Positions 41,693 through 50,273 are shown, counted from the first letter of the stretch. The stretch is DNA of 64,000 bases from Pseudomonadota bacterium (GCA_021325135.1 JAJPHT010000045.1:28205-92204), one strand, 5' to 3'. Program-made: numbers and translations. Notes: generated from the sequence alone by a model not told the origin.

Positions 41693-42836
41693 CGACGAAC
41701 ACGCAGGCGGGCTCGCCTTGGCTCTGGCAGCGGATCTCGCTGCCCAGCGCGTGCCCGCCGTGGCGCCGGGCGACGGTCGCCTCCAGGACTCCTAGCGCGA
41801 TGTGGCACGTGGGCGTCGAGTGGCCGCGCCCGGCCTCCAGCATGTCGGTGGCGTGGAACTCGTAGCGGCCCGCCTCCTCGCGCGCGAGGGCGATGGCGCC
41901 CAGCCCCATGTCCCGCAGCGCCTGGAGCGTCGCGTCGAGGGATTGCCCTTCGAGGTCCGCCGCCAGCGTGCGCCCCAGCGCGCGGCGCGAGACGGCCGTC
42001 GCGGAGGAGCCCTCGGTCAGGGCGCGCAGGATGCCGCGCACGAGCTTGCGCGCGACCAGCTGCCGGCGCGCCTCCTCCTCGCCGCGCTTGCGCGCCGTGA
42101 TGTCGCGCATGACGCCCGTGTAGCCGATGAGGTGGCCCTCGGCGTCGCGCGCGAGGTTGATGCTGACGCTCACGTCCACCAGGGAGCCGTCCTTGCGGCG
42201 GCGCTTCGTCTCGTGGTCGCGCAGCGCGCCCTCGGCCCGAAGCCGGTCCGCGAGGAGCTTCGACTCGTCGGGCAGGTCGGGAGGAAGGAGCATCTGGCCG
42301 TCCTGCCCCAGGACTTCCTCCTTGGAGTAGCCGAAGAGGCGCTCCGCGCCCGCGTTCCACGTGAGGAAGCGCCCCTGCGCGTCGATGGTCATGATGGCGT
42401 CGTCCGCGCTCTCCACGGCCAGGAGGAGCCGCGAGCGGGCGTCCTCCGCGCGGCGGCGCTCGGTGATGTCGATGCCCACCGCCAGGACGCAGGGCGCGCC
42501 CGCGACGCTCACCACGTCCAGGGAGACGATGCAGTGCCGCTGCGCGCCGTCCTTCCGGTAGAAGACCAGCTCCACGTTGCGGGCGCGCCCGTGCGCGCGC
42601 AATTGGGCCTGCACGTCCGCGCGGGGCGCCTCCCGCCACACGCCCAGGGCGTAGGCGCTGCGGCCGACGACCTCCGAGCGCTCGTAGCCCAGCATCTCCA
42701 GCATGTGCCGGTTCGCGTCCACGAAGGTCCCGTCCCCCATGCGCGTCAGGCTGATGGCCGCAGGCACCTCCTGGTAGACCAGGGGGAAGAGCGAAGCGAC
42801 GTCGGGGGCGGCGGGCGGTTCGGACAAGCCGCGCAC
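41673..42836 (-). CDS. PAS-PAS sensor with C-terminal V4R-like domain
   Basis: Two PAS/PAC domains (DITER; WNAGAERLFGYS; RDITARK); CH...EIRC...G...CVF V4R-type motif. Confidence 0.8.
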   Translation of the reverse strand: MRGLSEPPAAPDVASLFPLVYQEVPAAISLTRMGDGTFVDANRHMLEMLGYERSEVVGRSAYALGVWREAPRADVQAQLRAHGRARNVELVFYRKDGAQRHCIVSLDVVSVAGAPCVLAVGIDITERRRAEDARSRLLLAVESADDAIMTIDAQGRFLTWNAGAERLFGYSKEEVLGQDGQMLLPPDLPDESKLLADRLRAEGALRDHETKRRRKDGSLVDVSVSINLARDAEGHLIGYTGVMRDITARKRGEEEARRQLVARKLVRGILRALTEGSSATAVSRRALGRTLAADLEGQSLDATLQALRDMGLGAIALAREEAGRYEFHATDMLEAGRGHSTPTCHIALGVLEATVARRHGGHALGSEIRCQSQGEPACVFVVKARDG

Positions 42837-42896
42837 CTTTCCCTTCCCACTTACTTAACGATGACCCTTTTGCCCCAGGCGGGTCCTCTGGCTTCC

Positions 42897-43619
42897 GTGA
42901 CGCGACGCCTCTATCTCGAAGACGCCTACCTGCGCGCCTGCGACGCGACCGTGCTGCGCGCCGAGGGCAACCGCGTCGTCCTCGACCAGACCGTCCTCTA
43001 CGCCGAGAGCGGGGGGCAGGCGGCCGACCACGGCGTGCTGCGCTGGGACGGGGGCGAGGCGCGGGCCGTGGACTCCCAGATCGAGGGCGGGGGGCACGTG
43101 GGCGACGTCTCGCACACGCTGGAAGGCGGGACCCCGCCCGCGGGCGCCCGCGTCCGCGTGGAGGTCGACTGGCCGCGGCGCTACGGTCTCATGCGGCACC
43201 ACACCGCGGCGCACCTCATCGCGGCCGTCGTCTACCGCGACTTCAAGGCCAAGTTCACCGGGGGCCAGCTCTACCCCGACCGCGCGCGCCTGGACGTGCA
43301 CTTCGACGGCTGGGACCCCGAGACGCCGCGCCGCGTCGAGGCCGCCGTCAACGCCGAGATCGCCAAGGGGCACGAGGTGAGGAACTACGACATCGGCCGC
43401 GAGGAGTTCGAGCGCCGCGACCTGCTGCGCACCGCCGAGAACCTCGTGGACCCGAGCCTTGAGCGCATCCGCCTCACGGACATCGTGGGCCTCGACGTGC
43501 AGGCCGACGGCGGGACCCACGTGGGCAACGTGCGCGAGGTGGGCCGCGTCCTCGTGGGCAAGGCCGAGAACAAGGGGAAGGGGCACCGCCGCCTGAGCTA
43601 TCAGTGCGTGGACGCGTGA
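42897..43619 (+). CDS. alaXM: Alanyl-tRNA editing protein (AlaX-M type)
   Basis: LYLEDAYL, ESGGQAAD, MRHHTAAH and DGGTHV motifs. Confidence 0.9.
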   Translation: MTRRLYLEDAYLRACDATVLRAEGNRVVLDQTVLYAESGGQAADHGVLRWDGGEARAVDSQIEGGGHVGDVSHTLEGGTPPAGARVRVEVDWPRRYGLMRHHTAAHLIAAVVYRDFKAKFTGGQLYPDRARLDVHFDGWDPETPRRVEAAVNAEIAKGHEVRNYDIGREEFERRDLLRTAENLVDPSLERIRLTDIVGLDVQADGGTHVGNVREVGRVLVGKAENKGKGHRRLSYQCVDA

Positions 43620-43669
43620 CCGCCCGGTAGGCGCCACGCTTTTGCGCCCGCCGCCCTCCGCCATGCGGC

Positions 43670-44392
43670 GTGGCGCGCGACGAGCACGGCGAATCGCCCG
43701 CGCAGGTGCGGCGCGACCTCCTCATCTCCGCGCTGGCCATCGTGAGCGTGGCCATCGGGATCTACCAGCTCGCGCACGCCAAGGAGAGCCCCGAGTTCAC
43801 CTGGCTCGACGCCGTGGACCTCGGCATCGTCGCGGTCTTCATCGTGGACTTCGTCGTCCAGGCGCGCCGGTGCGGCGACTGGCGGCAATACCTCCGCTGG
43901 CACTGGTGGGAGATCCCCAGCCTGATCCCCGTGGGGGGCGCCTTCGTCACCGGCGTCCCGGGCCTCGCGATCATCCGCGGCATCCGCCTCGTGCGGCTCG
44001 TGCGCGTGCTGCGCCTCCTGCGCCTCCTGGGCCTCGTCGCGCGCTTCCGGCGCATCGGGCGCTACGTGAAGCGCGTCGTCCACCGCGCGCACCTGGGCGG
44101 CATCCTCCTCGCGGCCGCGGCGGTCGTCGCCGGGGGCGCGCTCCTGGCCTTCGCCCTGGAGTCGGACGCCAACCCGGCCTTCTCCAGCTTCGGCGACGCG
44201 CTCTGGTGGAGCCTCAACACGTTCGACAACGTCGCGTACCTGGACTTCCAGCCCGCCACCCTGGGAGGGCGCCTTCTCGCCGGCGCGCTGGAGGTGTGCG
44301 GCATCGGCTTCATCGGCGTCTTCACCGCGAGCCTCGCGGGCGCCATCCTCCAGGAGCCCAAGCCCGACGAGGAGGAAGAGGCCCGAGTGTGA
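43670..44392 (+). CDS. Voltage-gated (Kv-like, 6TM) ion channel with atypical selectivity filter
   Basis: S4 RGIRLVRLVRVLRLLR; FGDALWW pore helix; P-x-T-x-x-GR before S6; filter reads NVAYLD. Confidence 0.8.
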   Translation: MARDEHGESPAQVRRDLLISALAIVSVAIGIYQLAHAKESPEFTWLDAVDLGIVAVFIVDFVVQARRCGDWRQYLRWHWWEIPSLIPVGGAFVTGVPGLAIIRGIRLVRLVRVLRLLRLLGLVARFRRIGRYVKRVVHRAHLGGILLAAAAVVAGGALLAFALESDANPAFSSFGDALWWSLNTFDNVAYLDFQPATLGGRLLAGALEVCGIGFIGVFTASLAGAILQEPKPDEEEEARV

Positions 44393-44407
44393 GGGATTCC
44401 ATCCACT

Positions 44408-44513
44408 CCGTCGCGCGCCTCCCAAGCGCGGCCTGCGGGCCGCGCTGCGCGCGACTCCGTGGCAGGGGCTCTGCCCCTGCACCCCGCCAGGGGCGGGGAC
44501 GCCCCTGGACCCC
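44408..44513. repeat. Intergenic palindromic (REP-like) cluster
   Basis: gcgcggcc-tgcg-ggccgcgc, gcaggggc-tct-gcccctgc and ccaggggcg...cgcccctgg hairpins; motif shared with 61590-61656. Confidence 0.55.
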
Positions 44514-44565
44514 ACCCACGGGCCCGACGAAAGGTTCACTCGCTCCCAGCGCGAAGAGGCCTGCC

Positions 44566-44853
44566 ATGGCGGGCGCGCGCGTCGTCCTCTTCATCACCCG
44601 GAGCGATCCCCAGGGCCGCGAGCGGCTGGGGGCGTACCTTCCGGACGGCCGCCTGGTGGACCTCCAGGCCGGCCACATGGCGATGCGCGGCGTGCCTTCG
44701 CCCTTCCTGCGCGACCGCACCGCGTTCACCTTCGGCGCGGGGCCCGCCGCCGCCACCGTGGAGCAGGTGCTCGCCTGGGTCGCCTCGCAGCAGCCCCCCG
44801 GGGTCCTCGTGCCCGACCGCAACGTGCAGGTCACCGAGCCGCTGCGGGCGTGA
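44566..44853 (+). CDS. Hypothetical protein resembling a stand-alone FAH N-terminal domain
   Basis: RLGAYLPDGRLVDL...FL...V.EP pattern; no catalytic domain. Confidence 0.5.
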   Translation: MAGARVVLFITRSDPQGRERLGAYLPDGRLVDLQAGHMAMRGVPSPFLRDRTAFTFGAGPAAATVEQVLAWVASQQPPGVLVPDRNVQVTEPLRA

Positions 44854-44904
44854 CGCGGGCCCTTGGCAAAGGCAGATAACAGGGGATCGGGCGAGCAGGG
44901 GGGC

Positions 44905-45885
44905 GTGCTCCCGGCCCAGGCCTTGGGCATCCTCGCCGCCTGCCTCGTCCTCCTGAGCGGGCTGACCGCGGCCCTTGCCTTCGCGCTCTGGAGCGGCCCG
45001 CGCAAGGCCGCGCCGCCCGGGTCCCGACCCGCGCAGGCCCCTCTGTCCTGGGGCGCGCTTCTGCGGGATGGTGCCCTCCTTTCGGCCTCGCTGGGCGTCG
45101 CGATCCTGGGCATCGCCGCCCTTTGGGGCGCCTTGTCTCTCCTGCGCTGGGCGTGGACGGGCGCGCCCGGGTGGGTCGTCCTGGGCGCCCTCGTCGCGGC
45201 GGGCGGGACCTACGCGATGCGCGAGCGACGCCGCAAGCGGGCGCGCGAGGCCGCCGAGCAGGCCGCTCGCCAGGAGGCGGAGGCGCGGCAGAAGCGCGAA
45301 GCGGCCGAAGCCGGAGCGCGCCGCGCCGAGGAGGCCCGCCAGGCCCGCGCCCGCTTCGAGGAGGAGCAGCGCCGCCGCGGGCTCGTGCCGCACGCGGGGC
45401 GCGACGGCGCCACGCGCTGGGTCGCGCCCGCCGAAGCGGAGAGCCTGGCGCGCCGCGCGGCGGCGTCCGAGGAGGAGGCGATGGTGCGCGCGTGCCTCGA
45501 TGCGTTCTCCCCCTCGATGCGCCACGACCACGAGCTGCCCTACCACATGGAGCTCCTCGGGTACCTCCGCGCCAGGCTTCCCGCCGCGCTGCCGGAGGTG
45601 CAGGTGGGCTCCTCGCGGCCGGACATCGTGGTGGGCCGCATCGCCATCGAGGTCAAGGGCCCCACCGACGTGGCGGCGCTCCAGACCGTGGCGGACAAGT
45701 GCGTCCGCTACGCCCAGCACTTCGACGTGGTGATCGTCGTCCTCTTCGACGTCACCGTGGGCGAGCGCATGTACGCCGAGTGGGAGCGCGGCATCGCGAG
45801 GACGTTCCCCCAGGTCGCCCTCGTCCGCAAGGCCCCGACGCGCGGGCCCGCCTCCTTCGGGAGCTACTCGTCCCGGGTCCGCTGA
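44905..45885 (+). CDS. Membrane-anchored PD-(D/E)XK nuclease-like protein
   Basis: Three TM helices, a coiled coil, then E...RPDIVVGRIAIEVK; start uncertain. Confidence 0.6.
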   Translation: MLPAQALGILAACLVLLSGLTAALAFALWSGPRKAAPPGSRPAQAPLSWGALLRDGALLSASLGVAILGIAALWGALSLLRWAWTGAPGWVVLGALVAAGGTYAMRERRRKRAREAAEQAARQEAEARQKREAAEAGARRAEEARQARARFEEEQRRRGLVPHAGRDGATRWVAPAEAESLARRAAASEEEAMVRACLDAFSPSMRHDHELPYHMELLGYLRARLPAALPEVQVGSSRPDIVVGRIAIEVKGPTDVAALQTVADKCVRYAQHFDVVIVVLFDVTVGERMYAEWERGIARTFPQVALVRKAPTRGPASFGSYSSRVR

Positions 45886-45936
45886 GCCCCGCCGGTGTGT
45901 CGCGGCGCAGCAGGTCGCCCCCGGGAGAGGCAGCCC

Positions 45937-45942
45937 TTATAT
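45937..45942 (+). promoter_or_regulatory. TATA-like box for a leaderless thiolase transcript
   Basis: TTATAT in a very GC-rich background, about 24 nt before the ATG at 45966. Confidence 0.5.
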
Positions 45943-45965
45943 TCGGAAAGGCCCGATGGCCAAGC

Positions 45966-47114
45966 ATGGCCTCGCCCCGCGAAGCGGTCATCGTCGACGC
46001 GATCCGCACCCCCTTCGGCAAGCGCAACGGCTCCTTCAAGGACACGCACCCCGAGGTCCTGGGCGCCATGCCGCTGAAGGCCTTGACCGAGCGGCTGGGC
46101 CTTCGCCCCGACGAGATCGACGACGTCATCTACGGCAACGTGACCCCCGTGGGCGAGCAGGGGCTCAACATCGCGCGCAAGGTCGCGCTCCTCGCGGGCT
46201 GGGGCGACGGCGTCGCGGGCGTGCAGCTCAACCGCATGTGCGGCTCGGGCCAGCAGGCCATCAACTTCGCCGCGCAGGGCGTCATGAGCGGCGTCAACGA
46301 CCTCGTGATCGCGGGCGGCGTCGAGCACATGACGCGCGTGCCCATCGGCAGCGACGCGGGCCCCGTCTCGGAGGAGCTGGCCAACCTCTACGAGATCCTC
46401 CACCAGGGCGAGAGCGCGGAGCGCATCGCCGACAAGTGGGGCTTCACGCGGGCGGACCTCGACCAGTTCGCGCTGGAGAGCCAGCACAAGTACGCCAAGG
46501 CGCGCGACGAGGGGCGCTACAAGAGCCAGATCGTCCCCGTGCGCGTGACGGTGGACGGCCAGGAGAGGATCGTCGAGGCGGACGAGCACCCGCGCCCCAC
46601 CACGGCGGAGGGGCTCGCGAAGCTCAAGCCCGTCTTCCGCCCCGACAACGGGAGGATCACGGCGGGCAACAGCAGCGGCATCGTGGACGGCGCCGCCGCG
46701 GTCGTCGTCACGAGCGCGGAGAACGCGCAGCGCCGCGGCTGGAAGCCCCGCGCGCGCATCGTCGCGCAGGCCGCCGTGGGCAGCGACCCCGTGCTTATGC
46801 TCACCGGCCCCATCCCCGCCACGAGGAAGGTCCTCGCCAAGGCCAAGCTCAACGTGGGCGACATCGACCTCTTCGAGTGCAACGAGGCGTTCGCCAGCGT
46901 CCCCCTCGCCTGGCAGAAGGACTGCGGCGTCGACCCCAGGAAGGTCAACGTCAACGGCGGCGCCATCGCCCACGGCCACCCCCTGGGCGCCACCGGCGCG
47001 GCGCTGGTCACCAAGCTCGTCAACGAGCTGGAGCGCACCGGCAAGCGCTACGGCCTCTCCACCATGTGCATCGGGTTTGGCCAGGGCATCGCGACCATTG
47101 TGGAGCGCCTGTAA
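45966..47114 (+). CDS. Acetyl-CoA C-acyltransferase (thiolase)
   Basis: RTPFG, NRMCGSG, TAGNSS, NEAFA, GGAIAHGHPLGATG and MCIGFGQG motifs. Confidence 0.95.
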   Translation: MASPREAVIVDAIRTPFGKRNGSFKDTHPEVLGAMPLKALTERLGLRPDEIDDVIYGNVTPVGEQGLNIARKVALLAGWGDGVAGVQLNRMCGSGQQAINFAAQGVMSGVNDLVIAGGVEHMTRVPIGSDAGPVSEELANLYEILHQGESAERIADKWGFTRADLDQFALESQHKYAKARDEGRYKSQIVPVRVTVDGQERIVEADEHPRPTTAEGLAKLKPVFRPDNGRITAGNSSGIVDGAAAVVVTSAENAQRRGWKPRARIVAQAAVGSDPVLMLTGPIPATRKVLAKAKLNVGDIDLFECNEAFASVPLAWQKDCGVDPRKVNVNGGAIAHGHPLGATGAALVTKLVNELERTGKRYGLSTMCIGFGQGIATIVERL

Positions 47115-47237
47115 GCCGGTCATCCAGGCAGGTGTGGGTCCGCCGCAGCGGACCCACGGCGCATTGCGCCGCTGGTGCGCCAGCGGTGTCGGATCGGCTT
47201 CGGCCAGGGAATCGCGACGATCGTCGAGCGCCTGTAA
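47070..47237 (+). repeat. 45-bp direct repeat of the thiolase 3' end flanking REP-like element copy 2
   Basis: 47070-47114 vs 47193-47237 are 39/45 identical with all six differences at synonymous third positions; hairpins at 47134-47186 lie between them. Confidence 0.85.
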
Positions 47238-47316
47238 CACCCGGCATGCGTCAGGGACGCCGAAGGCCCCGCACCAGAAGACGTATCCTCGCGCGCCCGA
47301 CCACGTCTGGTACGGG

Positions 47317-48057
47317 ATGACGTCCGACGACGTGCAGGCGGCCCTGGGCGACACCGTCGACGCGCTGCTGGTCCTCGACGAGCCGCTCCTGAGCCCGCGA
47401 TATCACGGCATCCTCGCGCGCCGCGCCACCGCGGGCATGCAGCAGGACCTCGCCAGGCTGCGCGGGCTCGTCCTCCAGGCGAACCGCGTCGCGCGCGCGG
47501 GGGCCAGGAAGTGGGCGCGCGCGTCGGCGCACGTCGTCGTCCACGACTTCCTCGATTGGGGCGAGCGGACGCTGCTGGACTCCTTCCTGAGCCTCGCCGA
47601 GACGGAGATGCGCGTCCTGGCCTCTGCCGCCCGCGCTGCCCCCACGCGGGAGATCCGCGCGGACTTCGACCAGACGGTGCTCCTCCACCGCGAGGCCGCG
47701 CGGACGCTGCGCGACGCGCTGGCGCCCCTGGACCCGGGGCGCGCCCTCGCCCCGCCGCCGCGCATGCCGGTGCGCCCCGTCCAGGAGGAGGCCGTCCCGG
47801 GGGACCTGCGCGGCCAGATCGAGGCGGCGATGCGCGGCTCCCTCGCCGCCGGACGCCCCATCCGGCAGGTCGCGCTGAGCCCCACCGCGCTGCGGCACCT
47901 CCGCGACCAGGGGTGCTTCCAGGACGGCGAGACGACGCTCCTTCAGGTGCCCGTCGTCGTCGACTTCGGCTGGGACGTGTCCGCCTTCGCGCTCCAGACG
48001 CGCGACTGTGTGCCCCTGGAGGAGATCGTCCAGGAGCGCCGCGAGCGCGCCGGCTGA
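47317..48057 (+). CDS. Hypothetical protein: ferritin-like helical N-terminus plus small alpha/beta C-terminal domain
   Basis: Shares the SF...L..AAR.APT...AA..L..L pattern with 27068-27523; Pro-rich linker; ATG at 47317. Confidence 0.6.
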   Translation: MTSDDVQAALGDTVDALLVLDEPLLSPRYHGILARRATAGMQQDLARLRGLVLQANRVARAGARKWARASAHVVVHDFLDWGERTLLDSFLSLAETEMRVLASAARAAPTREIRADFDQTVLLHREAARTLRDALAPLDPGRALAPPPRMPVRPVQEEAVPGDLRGQIEAAMRGSLAAGRPIRQVALSPTALRHLRDQGCFQDGETTLLQVPVVVDFGWDVSAFALQTRDCVPLEEIVQERRERAG

Positions 48058-48130
48058 AGGGCCACAACGCCGCAACGACGCAGCGGCCCCAGCGCAGCGC
48101 GCAAGCGCCGCCGCCCCCTCCCCGGCGCCC

Positions 48131-48316
48131 ATGCGTCGGGCCCTGCTCGCCGTGGGCGCCGCCCTCCTCAGCGCCATGGCCGCCGGCATCCTCCTCCTTC
48201 CCCACCCCGCCCCGGGGGCCGTCGGCGTCACCAGCAAGGAGGCCGGCGCCGCCTTCCTGGGGCTCATCATTCTCGTCGTCGCGATCCTGGGGCCGGATTG
48301 GAGGGACTGGTTCTGA
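48131..48316 (+). CDS. Small membrane protein (61 aa)
   Basis: Two hydrophobic helices. Confidence 0.55.
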   Translation: MRRALLAVGAALLSAMAAGILLLPHPAPGAVGVTSKEAGAAFLGLIILVVAILGPDWRDWF

Positions 48317-48503
48317 GACGCTTCGCGTCTCAGCCTCGGTCCGCGCCGAAGGCGCGGACCGACTCGGCTGGGGGCCCTTCGGGCCCCCGGCGAGCGCCCC
48401 TTTTTTCGCAGAAATGCCCTTAGGGGCGCTCCGGCGCCGCCTTCGGCGGCGCCTGCGGCCCCTACAAGGCGTCCGGCATTTCTGCGAAAAAACGGGCGCT
48501 CGC
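48313..48503. repeat. Cluster of four C-GAA-G / C-TTC-G triloop hairpins, including an 18-bp perfect inverted repeat
   Basis: Stems at 48313-48333, 48336-48362, 48370-48388 and 48433-48453; ttttttcgcagaaatgcc (48401-48418) pairs with 48475-48492. Confidence 0.8.
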
Positions 48504-48554
48504 TGGTTCGCAAAGGGGGCAAACCTCAAGGTGCGGTCGCTTGCTTGCGGCGGC

Positions 48555-49466
48555 GTGAGCAGCCCTCTGCTTGTGGTCGGCACGGTGGCGTTGGACAGCG
48601 TGGAGACGCCCTACGGGAAGGCCTCGGACGTGCTGGGCGGGAGCGCCACGTACTTCGCCGCCGGGGCGTCGTTCTTCGCGCCGGTGCGGCTGGTGGGGGT
48701 CGTCGGGGACGACTTCCCCATGGAGAAGCTCTCGTTCCTCCGGCGGCGCGGCGTCGACCTGGCGGGCATCGAGGTGGTGCCCGGGGGGAAGACGTTCCGC
48801 TGGGCGGGGCGATATCACCTTGACCTCAACCACCGCGACACGCTGGGCACGTGGCTCAACGTGCTGGAGACGTTCCAGCCCAAGCTCCCCGACGAGTGGC
48901 GCGACACGCCCTACGTGTTCCTCGCCAACATCGACCCCGTGCTCCAGCGCCAGGTGCTCGACCAGGTGAAGACGCCCAAGCTCACCGTCGCGGACACCAT
49001 GAACTTCTGGATCGGCAGCGTGCGCCCGGAGCTGGTGAAGACGCTCGCGCGCGTGGACGCCCTCATCGTCAACGACGAGGAGGCGCGGCAGCTTGCCGGC
49101 GTCCCCAACCTCGTGCGCGCCGCGGGGATCATCCGCCAGATGGGGCCCCGCACCGTGATCGTGAAGAAGGGCGAGCACGGCGCGCTCCTCTTCCACGAGG
49201 GGAAGGTCTTCAGCGCGCCCGCCTACCCCCTGGAGGACGTGTTCGACCCCACCGGCGCGGGCGACACGTTCGCGGGCGGCTTCTACGGCTACCTCGCCAA
49301 GCAGGGCAAGGCCGACGAGGCCACGCTGCGCAACGCGGTGCTCTACGGCAGCGCGCTCGCCTCCTTCTGCGTGGAGCGCTTCGGGCCCGACCGCCTCGTC
49401 GACCTCACCTTGAAGGAGATCGAGGAGCGCGTCCAGGCCTTCCGGGACCTCGTCCGGGTGTCCTGA
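48555..49466 (+). CDS. PfkB family carbohydrate kinase
   Basis: GGSATYF, GVVGDDF, VKKGEHG and DPTGAGDTFAGG motifs. Confidence 0.92.
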   Translation: MSSPLLVVGTVALDSVETPYGKASDVLGGSATYFAAGASFFAPVRLVGVVGDDFPMEKLSFLRRRGVDLAGIEVVPGGKTFRWAGRYHLDLNHRDTLGTWLNVLETFQPKLPDEWRDTPYVFLANIDPVLQRQVLDQVKTPKLTVADTMNFWIGSVRPELVKTLARVDALIVNDEEARQLAGVPNLVRAAGIIRQMGPRTVIVKKGEHGALLFHEGKVFSAPAYPLEDVFDPTGAGDTFAGGFYGYLAKQGKADEATLRNAVLYGSALASFCVERFGPDRLVDLTLKEIEERVQAFRDLVRVS

Positions 49467-49521
49467 GGGAGAAGAGGCGACTTCCGCTCCTTCATATACC
49501 TGGGAGAACGACGGCGCCTCC

Positions 49522-49593
49522 ATGACGACGGAGAAGCGCGAGACCCCCCGGCAGACCCCCACCGACGACGTGGACCCCTGGACCCTGCCGTAG
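49522..49593 (+). CDS. Possible 23-aa micro-protein MTTEKRETPRQTPTDDVDPWTLP
   Basis: ATG about 24 nt after a TTCATATA box; every codon ends in G or C. Confidence 0.35.
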   Translation: MTTEKRETPRQTPTDDVDPWTLP

Positions 49594-49628
49594 GGCAGCT
49601 TGAAGCCGCGGCCCGATCTCCCCTTTTC

Positions 49629-50273
49629 GTGGAGCCCGAGGCCCTTCTCTTCGATCTCGACGGGACGCTTGTCGACGGCGCCGCCGCGATCCACGACGCC
49701 TTCGAGCACGCGCTGCGCGAGACGGGCATGCCCCCCGTCCCCCGCGACCGCGTCGCCGGCATGATCGGCGCGCCGCTGCGCCTGATGTTCCGCGAGCTGT
49801 GCCAGGTGAGCGACGCGGACGCCGCCCTTCTCGTGCGCGCCTACCGCGCCCGCTTCGAGGCCGTGGCGCCCACGCTGGTCCGCCCGACGCCCGGCGCGCT
49901 GGAGGCGCTGGACCGCTTCCCCGGCACGCCCATGGCCGTCGTCACCACCAAGGCCGCCGACCCCGCGCGGCTGGTCCTCCGCGCCCTGGGCGTCGAGGAG
50001 CGCTTCGCGACCGTCGTGGGCGTGGACACCGTCCTGCGCCCCAAGCCCGACCCCGAGGGCGTGCGCGTCGCGCTGGCGCGCCTGGGCGTCGGCTCGCGGC
50101 GCGCCGTGTTCGTGGGCGACACCGTGATGGACGTCGTCGCGGGCCGCGGCGCGGGCGCCAGGACCATCGCCGTCGCCAACGGGCACGGCGACCCGGGCGA
50201 GCTTCGCGCCGCCTCGCCCGACGCGCTCATTCCCGATCTCACGCGGCTCCACGAGGCGGTGAGCCGGCTGTGA
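49629..50273 (+). CDS. HAD-superfamily hydrolase (phosphoglycolate phosphatase-like)
   Basis: FDLDGTLVD, VTTK, KPDP and VGDT..D motifs. Confidence 0.9.
   Translation: MEPEALLFDLDGTLVDGAAAIHDAFEHALRETGMPPVPRDRVAGMIGAPLRLMFRELCQVSDADAALLVRAYRARFEAVAPTLVRPTPGALEALDRFPGTPMAVVTTKAADPARLVLRALGVEERFATVVGVDTVLRPKPDPEGVRVALARLGVGSRRAVFVGDTVMDVVAGRGAGARTIAVANGHGDPGELRAASPDALIPDLTRLHEAVSRL

Noticed and set aside
43500-43523. AlaX with DGGTH instead of CGGTH as an inactive variant
   Set aside because: As I recall, QADGGTHV is a common natural variant in this family, and the HxxxH motif is intact
47070-47237. Diversity-generating retroelement VR/TR pair
   Set aside because: The differences are synonymous and not adenine-specific, and there is no reverse transcriptase in the window
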